64,000 nucleotides of DNA from Candidatus Woesearchaeota archaeon (GTDB lineage: Archaea; Nanobdellota; Nanobdellia; SCGC-AAA011-G17; PNOQ01). The notes beneath the pieces are model-generated. The model made no database searches, was not told the origin of the DNA, and saw only the letters and a program-made list of their open reading frames with translations. Of this stretch, positions 54,691-63,802 are shown piece after piece (the first letter of the stretch is position 1; each line of letters begins with the position of its first letter). The translations under genes were made by a program, and so were the position numbers. Location of the stretch: positions 9,563 to 73,562 of the forward strand of contig JABIBT010000001.1 in assembly GCA_018652625.1 (NCBI GenBank), in the 5' to 3' direction.

Positions 54691-55023
54691 TCATTCCTCC
54701 AAAAATTTTTTCCTTGCTTTATTAAGTATACCTGATGCTCCGATAACATTAATTGTTACTTTTTCTTTTCCTATATTTTTTATTAAACTAAAAGCCATTT
54801 TTACTTCATCCTGATATTTCACATTCGTTTTTACTATTCCTTTTTTTCCTTTCGTTTCTACAAGCATAAAACCTGCTTTAGCAATTCCCAACTCTCCAAG
54901 AAATTTAAGTACATTATTTGAGATACCATTTTCCAATTCTTTCTCAAGAATTTTCTTTTCAGATATCGTTTCATACACAATGTAACGTTTCTTTTCCTTT
55001 AAACTAGGTAATATCGGTTTCAT
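54691..55023 (-). CDS. rnp2: RNase P protein component 2 (Pop5/Rpp14)
   Basis: 110 aa. LPSLKEKKRYIVYE N-terminus typical of Pop5. Operon position upstream of psmA. Confidence 0.8.
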   Translation of the reverse strand: MKPILPSLKEKKRYIVYETISEKKILEKELENGISNNVLKFLGELGIAKAGFMLVETKGKKGIVKTNVKYQDEVKMAFSLIKNIGKEKVTINVIGASGILNKARKKFLEE

Positions 55024-55110
55024 TCTTATAACCGAGAAGATAATTTAACAAACAATATATCCTTCTCACGACAAAATCCAGTAGAAATTAATGGTTTATA
55101 AACTTTTCTC

Positions 55111-55614
55111 TTACTTCTTTTTGTTGGTTGTTTTCTTAATGATTTTCTTTTTCTTAACTGGCTTCTTAGAAACAATTTTTTTCTTAACGGGTTTTTTAAC
55201 AACCTTCTTCTTAATAACCTTCTTCTTAGCAGGTTTCTTCTTAACAACCTTTTTCTTCTTGCTTGGCTTCCTAGTAAAATACTTCCAACAAGGGTAAATT
55301 TTCTTGGTATACGGACTAGCCTTCCAAATTTTTACAACCTTCCCATTAAGTACATCTATTCTACAAAAAGTAGAGTAAACAGCAGGCTGCATATATGTTC
55401 CATCTTTCAAAACAAACTGAATATCATACGCACCAGAACTCCAATTATCTGTAAATTGTTGAATATGTCTCTTTAAATCCAACATGCTATAAGCATTTGG
55501 TCTTCTTATATTCATATATTTATTTTTATGATAGGGTGCTTTGTAAGTTTCTCTTATTTTCAAAACCATCATAGGCCGAATAAAATTAACTTTAATCGCT
55601 TCATCAATTACCAT
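55111..55614 (-). CDS. Hypothetical protein with a globular N-domain and a ~50-aa lysine-rich repeat tail
   Basis: 167 aa. The C-terminus reads KKKKVVKKKPAKKKVIKKKVVKKPVKKKIVSKKPVKKKKIIKK. TATA lies about 26 nt upstream of the ATG. Confidence 0.55.
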   Translation of the reverse strand: MVIDEAIKVNFIRPMMVLKIRETYKAPYHKNKYMNIRRPNAYSMLDLKRHIQQFTDNWSSGAYDIQFVLKDGTYMQPAVYSTFCRIDVLNGKVVKIWKASPYTKKIYPCWKYFTRKPSKKKKVVKKKPAKKKVIKKKVVKKPVKKKIVSKKPVKKKKIIKKTTNKKK

Positions 55615-55652
55615 CTAAAAGTATAAAATAAAAAAGAAGTTTATAAGTTTTT

Positions 55653-56189
55653 CTAGTATTTCTCTAAGATTCTCTTAAAAACTCTCATAGAATCACTATT
55701 TCTCAACTCAAATTTATTTCTTGCAAAGCTAGAAAAAATCATTTTAACTTTATATTTCTTACATAATTTATAATTAAAAAACATTCTACCCAAAATTTTA
55801 GTTTTTTCTTTAGAATTGAATAACAAAGAAAAATCAAAACCAATAGTAACATCATTTTGTTTGGCCAATTTACACAAAACTTGATTTAATCCAGATTTCC
55901 TATAATGAAAACTATCTTTTCTACTATTTAATTCTGGACTTAGTAAAATATCTATTTTTTTATTTTCAACACAAAACCGATTTACCTTCTCATCTCCACC
56001 TAAAACAATAACTTTTCCTTTTTCTTTAAGAATTTCATCCCTTAATTTATTTAAGGGTACATCAATAACCCTAACTAACTCGGATTTTATCCCTAATTTT
56101 TCTTCAAATTCCTTATTTTGTTTTAAAGTTAACATAATATACAACAAAAATAGAAATTTATAAAACTTCTTTTTTAACAAATTCAACAA
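55653..56189 (-). CDS. rnp3: RNase P protein component 3 (Rpp30)
   Basis: DILLSPE, HYRKSGLNQVLCKLA, and the IFSSFA..FELR pattern of Rpp30 TIM-barrel proteins. The true start may be the internal ATG at 56135. Confidence 0.75.
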   Translation of the reverse strand: MLNLLKKKFYKFLFLLYIMLTLKQNKEFEEKLGIKSELVRVIDVPLNKLRDEILKEKGKVIVLGGDEKVNRFCVENKKIDILLSPELNSRKDSFHYRKSGLNQVLCKLAKQNDVTIGFDFSLLFNSKEKTKILGRMFFNYKLCKKYKVKMIFSSFARNKFELRNSDSMRVFKRILEKY

Positions 56190-56643
56190 TCTCTTTTAAT
56201 TTATAACCTTCTGAAGTATCCAAAATCAACAAATTATGTTTCTTCTCTTTGGCTTCAATAACAAAGCTATCAAAAATTTCAACTTCTACATTCTCTCTTA
56301 CTTTCTCAGAAGAATATTTTCTTTTTTTCAATCTATCACGTAAAATACCAATATCGCAAGTTGTAACAATACACAAATCAATATATTTTTTAGGAATTAA
56401 ATGCGCAAATATAGAATCAATAACCAAATTCTCAGAATTATTTATCTTTTCAACTAAAAACTTAATTAATTTTTTTTCATCAACAATCTCGCATTTTTTT
56501 TCTTCGTCATATCCAGAAGATAATTTATTTTTTTTAATTTCTTTAGTAACATCAAAATATTCAAACTTCAAAGATTTAGCTAACTTTTTAGATAAGGTAC
56601 TCTTTCCAGAACCTACGGAACCCGAAACACAAATAATAACCAT
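56158..56643 (-). CDS. Fap7/adenylate-kinase-6-like P-loop kinase
   Basis: 161 aa. P-loop GSVGSGKST, LVIDSIFAHL, LRDRLKKRKYS. Confidence 0.6.
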   Translation of the reverse strand: MVIICVSGSVGSGKSTLSKKLAKSLKFEYFDVTKEIKKNKLSSGYDEEKKCEIVDEKKLIKFLVEKINNSENLVIDSIFAHLIPKKYIDLCIVTTCDIGILRDRLKKRKYSSEKVRENVEVEIFDSFVIEAKEKKHNLLILDTSEGYKLKEIVEFVKKEVL

Positions 56644-56673
56644 AAAAAAAAATATAATTAAGAACTTTTAAAT

Positions 56674-57702
56674 CTAACTAATTTTTCTCTTCATCTCTTC
56701 AAGAGAAAATCTTCTAAACTTTTCAGGAATAGTTCCTTTAAATCTGTCACTAATTAACGAAGATAACTCGGGATAAGAACCAGTACGATAAACAAAAGTT
56801 TCCTCTTCTGGAGCATCAAAAAGATAATCTATTAAATCCGTAGTCAAACTATTTTTAAGTGCAATAATTCTTCTCAAATTCGACGCCCACTCATCCAATA
56901 TCAAATCTTCTTTAGTTGGTTTATAGGCACCATCAAAGGGTTTTACCTCAGTAGCAAATCTCTGTTTATAATATTCTCTTTCTCCAAGAATTCTTACATC
57001 ATCAAAGATTTCCAACAATTTAGTACTCCTAACTTCCTCTTTTCCATGTTCAACCAAAAAATCATGCATCTTAAGAATCTCAAAATCACAAGTCCTTTTT
57101 ACATCACTCAAAACAGAAAAATATAATTGAAAGGCCTGTCTGTATTTATTTATTTGTGGTAATGCCTCTTCATTAGAAAACGAAGGATCAATTTTAGGAC
57201 AAGATTCAACAATAGATTCCAAATGTTGGGGATCAATTCTATCGTGGTGATATATTTCGCCGGTATGATTAACAGAGATAGCCACATTTGGAGGGAGCAC
57301 AACATTTTCAAAAACTTCAGGATGCTCAGTCATAAAATCATAAATATCTAATTGGCAATATGCAACAACTTTTCTAGATTTTCTAATTAATTTTGTTAAA
57401 ACATCATAACTTTTCTCAGGAAAGCCCGGATCCACTATAAAATCAAAATCCCTTTTGAAATACTGCTCCTTTAAATAATGTAAATAATTTCTCTCGCTTT
57501 CTATAATCCTAGAGGGAATAATAACTTTATTTTCTAATCCCGAAGCTTCACTATTGGCAATAAAATGCCCAAGAACTGGAAGAACATCAACTTCCATCCG
57601 AATTCTCAGTTCATTTAAATTTCTAAGATAAGCATCCATATTTGAGGAACTCCTTCCCCTAAAACTATTATTGACTTCAACCATAAAAAAGGGAATCAAC
57701 AA
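56674..57702 (-). CDS. Hypothetical protein (342 aa ORFan)
   Basis: Long ORF with ordinary globular composition. No motif recognised. Confidence 0.5.
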   Translation of the reverse strand: MLIPFFMVEVNNSFRGRSSSNMDAYLRNLNELRIRMEVDVLPVLGHFIANSEASGLENKVIIPSRIIESERNYLHYLKEQYFKRDFDFIVDPGFPEKSYDVLTKLIRKSRKVVAYCQLDIYDFMTEHPEVFENVVLPPNVAISVNHTGEIYHHDRIDPQHLESIVESCPKIDPSFSNEEALPQINKYRQAFQLYFSVLSDVKRTCDFEILKMHDFLVEHGKEEVRSTKLLEIFDDVRILGEREYYKQRFATEVKPFDGAYKPTKEDLILDEWASNLRRIIALKNSLTTDLIDYLFDAPEEETFVYRTGSYPELSSLISDRFKGTIPEKFRRFSLEEMKRKIS

Positions 57703-57714
57703 AAACTTAAAAAA

Positions 57715-58389
57715 CTAACTAATAACCGTGCCTTTGAATTTTCTTTCCTTCAAAACCTTTTTTAAATTCCTCAAATCATCACAAACAATAAAAGTCTTAA
57801 TTTTATACTTTTTAATCAACTTAGCAGCAACCTGATCCAAAACGAAATGTTGACCAGCTTTATATTTAATTTTATTGGCCATGACTAAAAACTTATCATA
57901 ACTAATCTCCTTAATCAACTTAGAATTTTTCAATTTGGGATGTTTTGTGTACAATCCAATTACATTTGTAATATTAACAAAAAAATCAGCATCTATTTCT
58001 TTAGCAACTTCAGCAGCATTTGCATCAGAAGTAATTCCAGACCTTTCTCCCAGTGCCCCACAAATAACTAAATTGTTTTTCTTTAAATCATTTTTAACAT
58101 GTTTTATTTCAATAGGAAATCTTCCACTAAAACCAAAAATTCTTCTAACTAACCTTGCATTAATTCTAGTTGAAGAAATTCCGACAGCAGAATAAGCTTT
58201 TTCTCCTTTTTTCAACTTAACTAAAGGATCAATATACTTCCTAGCAGTACTTCCACCGCCAGTAACAATAACAATTTTATTCCTCTTAGAAAACTTTTTA
58301 ATAACCTTGCTAAACTTCTCTAAATATTTATAATCAACTTCCTCTGGAATAATTACAGAACCACCCAAACTAATAACTACTTTCATCAC
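57715..58389 (-). CDS. pyrH: UMP kinase (archaeal type)
   Basis: 224 aa amino-acid-kinase fold. VVISLGGSVI, VTGGGSTAR. Confidence 0.85.
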   Translation of the reverse strand: MMKVVISLGGSVIIPEEVDYKYLEKFSKVIKKFSKRNKIVIVTGGGSTARKYIDPLVKLKKGEKAYSAVGISSTRINARLVRRIFGFSGRFPIEIKHVKNDLKKNNLVICGALGERSGITSDANAAEVAKEIDADFFVNITNVIGLYTKHPKLKNSKLIKEISYDKFLVMANKIKYKAGQHFVLDQVAAKLIKKYKIKTFIVCDDLRNLKKVLKERKFKGTVIS

Positions 58390-58462
58390 TTTAACCTAAA
58401 AATTGCAATATTTAAATCTTATCATATAAATTCTTTTAAATCACCCATCTATCAAATTCTTA

Positions 58463-59458
58463 ATGATAATTGGCATAACTGGATATTATGGTTCTGGAAA
58501 GGATTCTGTAGCAAATTACTTAGTAGAAAGGAGTTTCATCCACTATTCTTTATCTGATGAAATAAGAGAAGAACTAAAAAAAAGAAAGATAAAAATAACA
58601 AGAAAGAACTTAATCAAACTTGGGAATGAATTAAGGAAAAAAGAAGGGCCCTCATGTTTAGCTAACAGAGTAAAGGAAAAAATAGACACAGCAAGACACC
58701 ATGTAATAACATCCATAAGAAACAAAAATGAGGTCCTAGCATTAAAACGATTAGATAACTTTCTATTAATTAATTTAAAATCTCCAATAGAACAAAGATT
58801 TGAAAGACTAAAAAAAAGAAACAGAGAAGAAGACCCCAAAACAATTGAAGAATTAAAACAAAAAGAGCTTCAGGAACAATCTTCAAACATAGAACATCAA
58901 CAATTACATTTAACTGTTGAAATGGCAGATGTAATAATGAACAATGATTCTACATTAGATATTCTTTACAAAAAAATAGATAAATTCTTACAAGACTGGT
59001 GGCCAAAATTATGTTTAGAACGGCCTTCATGGGATGAGTATTTTATGAACATAGCACACGAAGTAGCAAAACGTTCAGATTGTATGAAACGACACACGGC
59101 TGCCGTAATAGTAAAAGATAAAAGAATAATTTCAACAGGATACAATGGAGCACCAAAAGGACTAAAAAATTGTAACGAGGGAGGATGCAAAAGATGCAAC
59201 TCATTCGGACATACTGGAGAAGATTTAGGAGAATGTATTTGTTCTCATGCTGAGGAAAATTCAATAGTTCAAGCAGCATATCATGGAATAAGTGTAAAAG
59301 ACACAGTTCTTTATACCACCCAATCACCTTGTGTAGCATGTACAAAATTAATAATCAATTCTGGAATAAAAGAAGTTATTTGTAATTTAAAATATCCTAT
59401 GGATAAGGGAGCATCAGACCTACTAAGAAAATCACATGTAAAAGTTAGGTTTCTTTAA
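58463..59458 (+). CDS. Fusion protein: N-terminal P-loop nucleotide kinase-like domain + C-terminal dCMP deaminase
   Basis: N-terminus IGITGYYGSGKDS (P-loop). C-terminus SWDEYFMNIA..., HAEENSI and PCVACTKLI (cytidine/dCMP deaminase zinc motifs). Confidence 0.8.
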   Translation: MIIGITGYYGSGKDSVANYLVERSFIHYSLSDEIREELKKRKIKITRKNLIKLGNELRKKEGPSCLANRVKEKIDTARHHVITSIRNKNEVLALKRLDNFLLINLKSPIEQRFERLKKRNREEDPKTIEELKQKELQEQSSNIEHQQLHLTVEMADVIMNNDSTLDILYKKIDKFLQDWWPKLCLERPSWDEYFMNIAHEVAKRSDCMKRHTAAVIVKDKRIISTGYNGAPKGLKNCNEGGCKRCNSFGHTGEDLGECICSHAEENSIVQAAYHGISVKDTVLYTTQSPCVACTKLIINSGIKEVICNLKYPMDKGASDLLRKSHVKVRFL

Positions 59459-59733
59459 TCAACAGTAAACAATCTAGAATCATTAACTAAAAATATTCTA
59501 GCTCTTGCTCCAGCATCTAACCAACCGTGAGCATAATTTAAAGCTGCAAAAGCATTCACATAATCATCTTTAGAAAAAAAATGCTTAGCATCAGAAATAT
59601 ACCTAGAAATCATATCCAAAAAATCTAAGCCAACTTCTTTAAACTCGGGATTGACTTTTCCTTTAGCCATTTCATACGCTTCTCCAGTAATAGAAAAATA
59701 CTTTTCAATTTTTTCTTTAGTGATTTCTTTCAT
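59455..59733 (-). CDS. DUF357-family protein
   Basis: 92 aa with the conserved YAHGWLDAGARA segment. Confidence 0.6.
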   Translation of the reverse strand: MKEITKEKIEKYFSITGEAYEMAKGKVNPEFKEVGLDFLDMISRYISDAKHFFSKDDYVNAFAALNYAHGWLDAGARARIFLVNDSRLFTVD

Positions 59734-59798
59734 ATATTTTCAAAAATATACTTCTTTTATAAATATATCTATATAAACAAAATCAAATTCCCATATAC

Positions 59799-60659
59799 AT
59801 GCCAAGAGCAATATCAAATGGTCTAGATTCAATATTAGATGAAAAATTTCCAGTCTTAGACCATGGTTTCATAATTCCAGTGGATTATATGGGAAATGAC
59901 TCCGCAATCGTTCAGGCCGCAAGAACAAGTTACGGAAAAGGAACAAAAAAAATTTCTGAAGATAGGGATTTAATAAGATATTTGATGAGACATAGGCACA
60001 CTACTCCTCTTGAGATGTGTGAATTAAAACTCCATGTAATGGTTCCGATGGACATATGGAGACAGTGGATACGTCATAGAACTGCATCGGTAAATGAATA
60101 CTCAACAAGATACTCAGAAGCAATAGATGAGAAAAAAACAACTTCTTCAGAAAAGTGGAGATTACAAGGTCATCACAACAGACAAGGTAGCGAAGGATTC
60201 TTAGACCAAGAAACAGGAAAAACACTAACCTCGAGAGAAACAGAATTCCACAGAGAAGCAGAAAGGCTATATCACGAAAGACTAGATGCAGGAGTAGCAA
60301 GGGAACAAGCAAGAAAAGATTTACCTTTATCGACATACACACGGGCATATTGGAAAATGGACCTACATAATCTTCTTCATTTCTCAGCTTTAAGATTAGA
60401 CGAAAAAGCACAATTAGAAATCAGAGAATATGCACAAACAATTGGAAAAATCATAAAAGCCTGGGTGCCATTAACTTGGGAAGCATTCGAAGATTACAGA
60501 TTAAATGCTCTGACCCTTTCACAACCAGAATTACAAGTAAACATGTTAGTAATGAAAGGAATGACTTTAGACAAAGCATTGACAGAAGTGGGAATCACAA
60601 ACAAAACAGAATCCAGAGAAATAAGAGAAAAATTTAGACTAATGTACCCTAATGATTAA
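59799..60659 (+). CDS. thyX: Flavin-dependent thymidylate synthase ThyX
   Basis: ThyX signature RHRTASVNEYSTRY (RHRxxSxxxxSxR). 286 aa. Confidence 0.9.
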   Translation: MPRAISNGLDSILDEKFPVLDHGFIIPVDYMGNDSAIVQAARTSYGKGTKKISEDRDLIRYLMRHRHTTPLEMCELKLHVMVPMDIWRQWIRHRTASVNEYSTRYSEAIDEKKTTSSEKWRLQGHHNRQGSEGFLDQETGKTLTSRETEFHREAERLYHERLDAGVAREQARKDLPLSTYTRAYWKMDLHNLLHFSALRLDEKAQLEIREYAQTIGKIIKAWVPLTWEAFEDYRLNALTLSQPELQVNMLVMKGMTLDKALTEVGITNKTESREIREKFRLMYPND

Positions 60660-60662
60660 AAG

Positions 60663-61280
60663 ATGACTAAATTCATAGTATTTGAGGGGATAGATGGCTG
60701 CGGAAAAGGTACACAGATTCTTAACGCAATAGATTTACTAAAAGACCATACAACTTTATTTGTAACTAAAGAACCTTCAACACTAAAAACGGGAAAATTA
60801 ATTAAAAGACTATTAAAAGAACAAGATGATCCAAAAACAAACGCAGAATTATTTACAAATTTATATACAAAAGACAGAAAGGAACATAATAAAATAATTT
60901 TAAAACAATTAAACCAAGGACATACAGTCATATGTGATCGATATTATTATTCTACGATTGCTTATCAACAAGCTCAAGGAGACAACATAAAAAAAATATT
61001 GAAACAATCCAAAAAATTTTTAGTTCCAGATTTAACATTAGTAATTGATATTCCTGCAGAAACTGCAATGCAAAGACTAAAAGCAAGAGGTAAAAAGAAA
61101 GAAAAGTTTGAAAAGCAAAAATTTCTAGAAGAATTAAGAGAAACTTATTTGAAAATGCCTTACTATGGAAAAATTCTAGATAAAAATTCAGATAGAAAAG
61201 AAAACATTATAATAATAGATGGGAATAGAAAACCAGAAAAAGTTTTTGAACAAATTAAAGAAGAACTAAAGAAGTTATAA
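60663..61280 (+). CDS. tmk: Thymidylate kinase
   Basis: FIVFEGIDGCGKGTQ P-loop, DRYYYST. Confidence 0.9.
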   Translation: MTKFIVFEGIDGCGKGTQILNAIDLLKDHTTLFVTKEPSTLKTGKLIKRLLKEQDDPKTNAELFTNLYTKDRKEHNKIILKQLNQGHTVICDRYYYSTIAYQQAQGDNIKKILKQSKKFLVPDLTLVIDIPAETAMQRLKARGKKKEKFEKQKFLEELRETYLKMPYYGKILDKNSDRKENIIIIDGNRKPEKVFEQIKEELKKL

Positions 61281-61315
61281 AAACATTTATAAACAATTTT
61301 TCCCAAAACAATTCT

Positions 61316-62002
61316 ATGTACATAGGCATATATTTAGCCTTAATTTTAAGTATGTTTCATTTCATTAGTGGAATCTTTGTAAAATTCACAAGAAAACACA
61401 TTTCAAAATTAATGAGTCTTGCAGCAGGAATTTTGATATCGATAATATTTATAGAAATGCTTCCAGAATTTGCTAGACAAGCCTTAGAAACCAATTACTT
61501 ACTATTTATCCTTCCTTTAATGGGTTTTGTAGCTTTTCATTCAATAAGGGCATATAATTACAAACACATAAAAACAAAAAAGGAATTAAAGGGAAGATTC
61601 AGAAAAAATCATATTTTGGCCTTCTTTATGGAACACTTTATCATAGGGTTTATACTTACAATTTCTTTCAAAACCCCGGTAGTGTCTTTATTGCTTTTCT
61701 TGCCATTCATTTTACTAACAATTTCATCATCTATCTTATTAAGAATAATAGATAAAACTTCCAAAAGCAATATACTCAAATTAGCTTTAGGATCATCAAC
61801 ACTACTTGGTGCAATAACTGCTACATTATTTTCATTTAACGAACTTTTCTACATCGGTTCATTTGGTTATGTTCTTGGTTCACTAATCTATATAGTATCA
61901 AGAGACATAATGCCAGCAGAAGAAAAGAAAGAAAGCTTGCTATTCTTTGTAATTGGGTTGATTTTTACATCCGCTTTACTATTAATTAAAGGAGTATTAT
62001 AA
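61316..62002 (+). CDS. Multi-pass membrane protein (family unresolved)
   Basis: 228 aa with about seven hydrophobic helices. Confidence 0.5.
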   Translation: MYIGIYLALILSMFHFISGIFVKFTRKHISKLMSLAAGILISIIFIEMLPEFARQALETNYLLFILPLMGFVAFHSIRAYNYKHIKTKKELKGRFRKNHILAFFMEHFIIGFILTISFKTPVVSLLLFLPFILLTISSSILLRIIDKTSKSNILKLALGSSTLLGAITATLFSFNELFYIGSFGYVLGSLIYIVSRDIMPAEEKKESLLFFVIGLIFTSALLLIKGVL

Positions 62003-62532
62003 TGAAAAAAGTAATATTATCTATAGCCCTTATTTTATTTATAATTTTAACAGTTCTAAATATTGTTTTTTTTGTGGAAATATCAAAAAATAAAGACTTA
62101 AAAGATTTTTATATGGGTAAAGAGCTTCCAGATAACTATTCAGAAAGAGAAAAACTTCATATGGAAGAAGTAAAATCACTTACAAACATATCTTTAGTTC
62201 TTAATTTAATTTCACTCTCAATAATTATTTTTCTAAGAAAAACAAAAATAAATTTTAAAAAAATAGGAAATACTTTAATTATAATTTCAATTTTATTTTT
62301 CGTAGGGGCACTATTTTACAAAACATTTCATCATTATTTCCATTTAATTATGTTCAGAACAGATACTTGGTTACTTCCATCAGAATCAATATTGATAAAA
62401 ACTTATCCTTTAGAATTTTTTAAGAGTAGATTTATTTTAATAAACAGTTTTATACTTATAGTCGGTCTTGTTTTAAGAAACGTGGGCTTCTCCCTCAAAA
62501 GATTTTTTCAAAAGCCACAAAGAAACAAATAA
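62002..62532 (+). CDS. Integral membrane protein, DUF1461-like (tentative)
   Basis: 176 aa. HMEEVKSL and the F..FH.YFH..MF....W pattern. ATG overlaps the preceding TAA. Confidence 0.45.
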   Translation: MKKVILSIALILFIILTVLNIVFFVEISKNKDLKDFYMGKELPDNYSEREKLHMEEVKSLTNISLVLNLISLSIIIFLRKTKINFKKIGNTLIIISILFFVGALFYKTFHHYFHLIMFRTDTWLLPSESILIKTYPLEFFKSRFILINSFILIVGLVLRNVGFSLKRFFQKPQRNK

Positions 62533-62621
62533 CCAGATAATAGCACCTAAAACAACAAAGATTATATATAAAAATTTTTGATCCATAAGTAAAAACTAAA
62601 AAAAGAAGTATTTAAAATTAA

Positions 62622-63761
62622 CTACTTAAGCTTTCTAATCTTCTCTAACTCTTCATTAAAAATCTTAACTTCTTCTAAAGTGTTATACAAATAAAAACTT
62701 GCTCGAACACTTCCTTTCAATTGTTTAGCATTATACCAAGAATGAGCACAATGCATTCCACTTCTAACCATAATATTCTTACTTGAATCTAAAATACCTG
62801 CAACTTCATGATGATCTATTCCAGAAAGATTAAAATTAAATATTCCTCTCTCGCCCTTAAAACCAACCTCTTTAACTTTTACATCAACAGCAGAAACCAA
62901 TTTCTTTTCATGGTCTTCAATATCAGACATTCCAATCTTCCCCAAATACTTGGCAGCTTCTCCAAATCCCAATATACCAGCATAGTTCTGCAATCCAGCT
63001 TCAAACCTTTGGGGCAATTTCTCTAAAACATAACTATCATAATTACTATCAACAACAGTCTCTCCACCAATTAAAAATGGCTTCATCTCATCTAAAATTT
63101 TCTCTTTAACAAACATAGCACCAGTTCCAGTAGGGCCCAACATCTTATGTCCAGAAAAAGTCAAGAAATCAACATCAAGTTTTTTAACATTAATTTCTTT
63201 ATGTGGTGCGGCTTGAGCAGCATCAAAATGAACTTTAGCTTTATTGTCATGAGCTATTTTAATTATTTCTTTAACTGGCAAGGTATATCCATCAATATTA
63301 CTTGTATAAACAAATGAAACTAAATCATATTTTTTAACTGCCTCAGAAAACTTCTCCAAATCAAAAGTAAAATCTTCCTTACTCCTCAAAATCCCATATT
63401 TAAATTTCTGCCAAGGCAATAGATTAGAATTATGCTCTCTATCTGTAAGTAAAACTTTATCAAACTTAAATGAATTAGCTATTAAATTTATACTCTCACT
63501 AGCATTTTTAGAAAAAATAATTTCACTAGATTTCTTAGCACCAACAAATTTTTGAATTGATTTCCTAGAATCATCCAATTCTTTATCCAATTTCAAACCC
63601 ATCTTATGAACACTTCTTCCAGCACAAGATGGATATTCATTATAATATTCATTAATTTTATCAACAACTTGTATAGGTTTTAAAGACATACACGCAGAGT
63701 CTAGATAAATAATCTCTTTTTTCAAAACTTGAAAATCCTCTCTTATTTTCTCAACATTCAT
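62622..63761 (-). CDS. Cysteine desulfurase (class V aminotransferase, SufS/NifS-like)
   Basis: PLP-lysine motif FSGHKMLGPTG and active-site RSGMHCA. Confidence 0.85.
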   Translation of the reverse strand: MNVEKIREDFQVLKKEIIYLDSACMSLKPIQVVDKINEYYNEYPSCAGRSVHKMGLKLDKELDDSRKSIQKFVGAKKSSEIIFSKNASESINLIANSFKFDKVLLTDREHNSNLLPWQKFKYGILRSKEDFTFDLEKFSEAVKKYDLVSFVYTSNIDGYTLPVKEIIKIAHDNKAKVHFDAAQAAPHKEINVKKLDVDFLTFSGHKMLGPTGTGAMFVKEKILDEMKPFLIGGETVVDSNYDSYVLEKLPQRFEAGLQNYAGILGFGEAAKYLGKIGMSDIEDHEKKLVSAVDVKVKEVGFKGERGIFNFNLSGIDHHEVAGILDSSKNIMVRSGMHCAHSWYNAKQLKGSVRASFYLYNTLEEVKIFNEELEKIRKLK

Positions 63762-63802
63762 TAGAAACCCAAAACATAGTTTATTAATAAAGTTTTCTAA
63801 TC

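Noticed and set aside
55026-55297. Track ORFs 55026..55247 (Arg/Leu-rich) and 55091..55297 (Phe/Leu-rich)
   Set aside because: They are alternative-frame and antisense readings of the AAG/AAA-rich DNA that encodes the lysine tail of the 167-aa protein. Low-complexity artefacts.
55094-55663. Apparent 25-nt direct repeat (20 of 25 identical) flanking the lysine-tail gene, at 55094-55118 and 55639-55663
   Set aside because: Both copies consist of a stop codon followed by AGAAA-NN-TTTATAAAC on the coding strand. The same BRE/TATA-like consensus recurs upstream of many genes in the window (for example near 14350, 14805, 16010, 17838, 18755, 21421 and 48170). The similarity is explained by promoter consensus rather than by insertion duplication.
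62476-62586. 37-aa minus-strand hydrophobic ORF (MDQKFLYIIFVVLGAIIWLFVSLWLLKKSFEGEAHVS) overlapping the 3' end of the 176-aa membrane-protein gene
   Set aside because: It is antisense to the C-terminus of a longer plausible gene. I could see no independent promoter or SD signal, so I could not distinguish it from chance.
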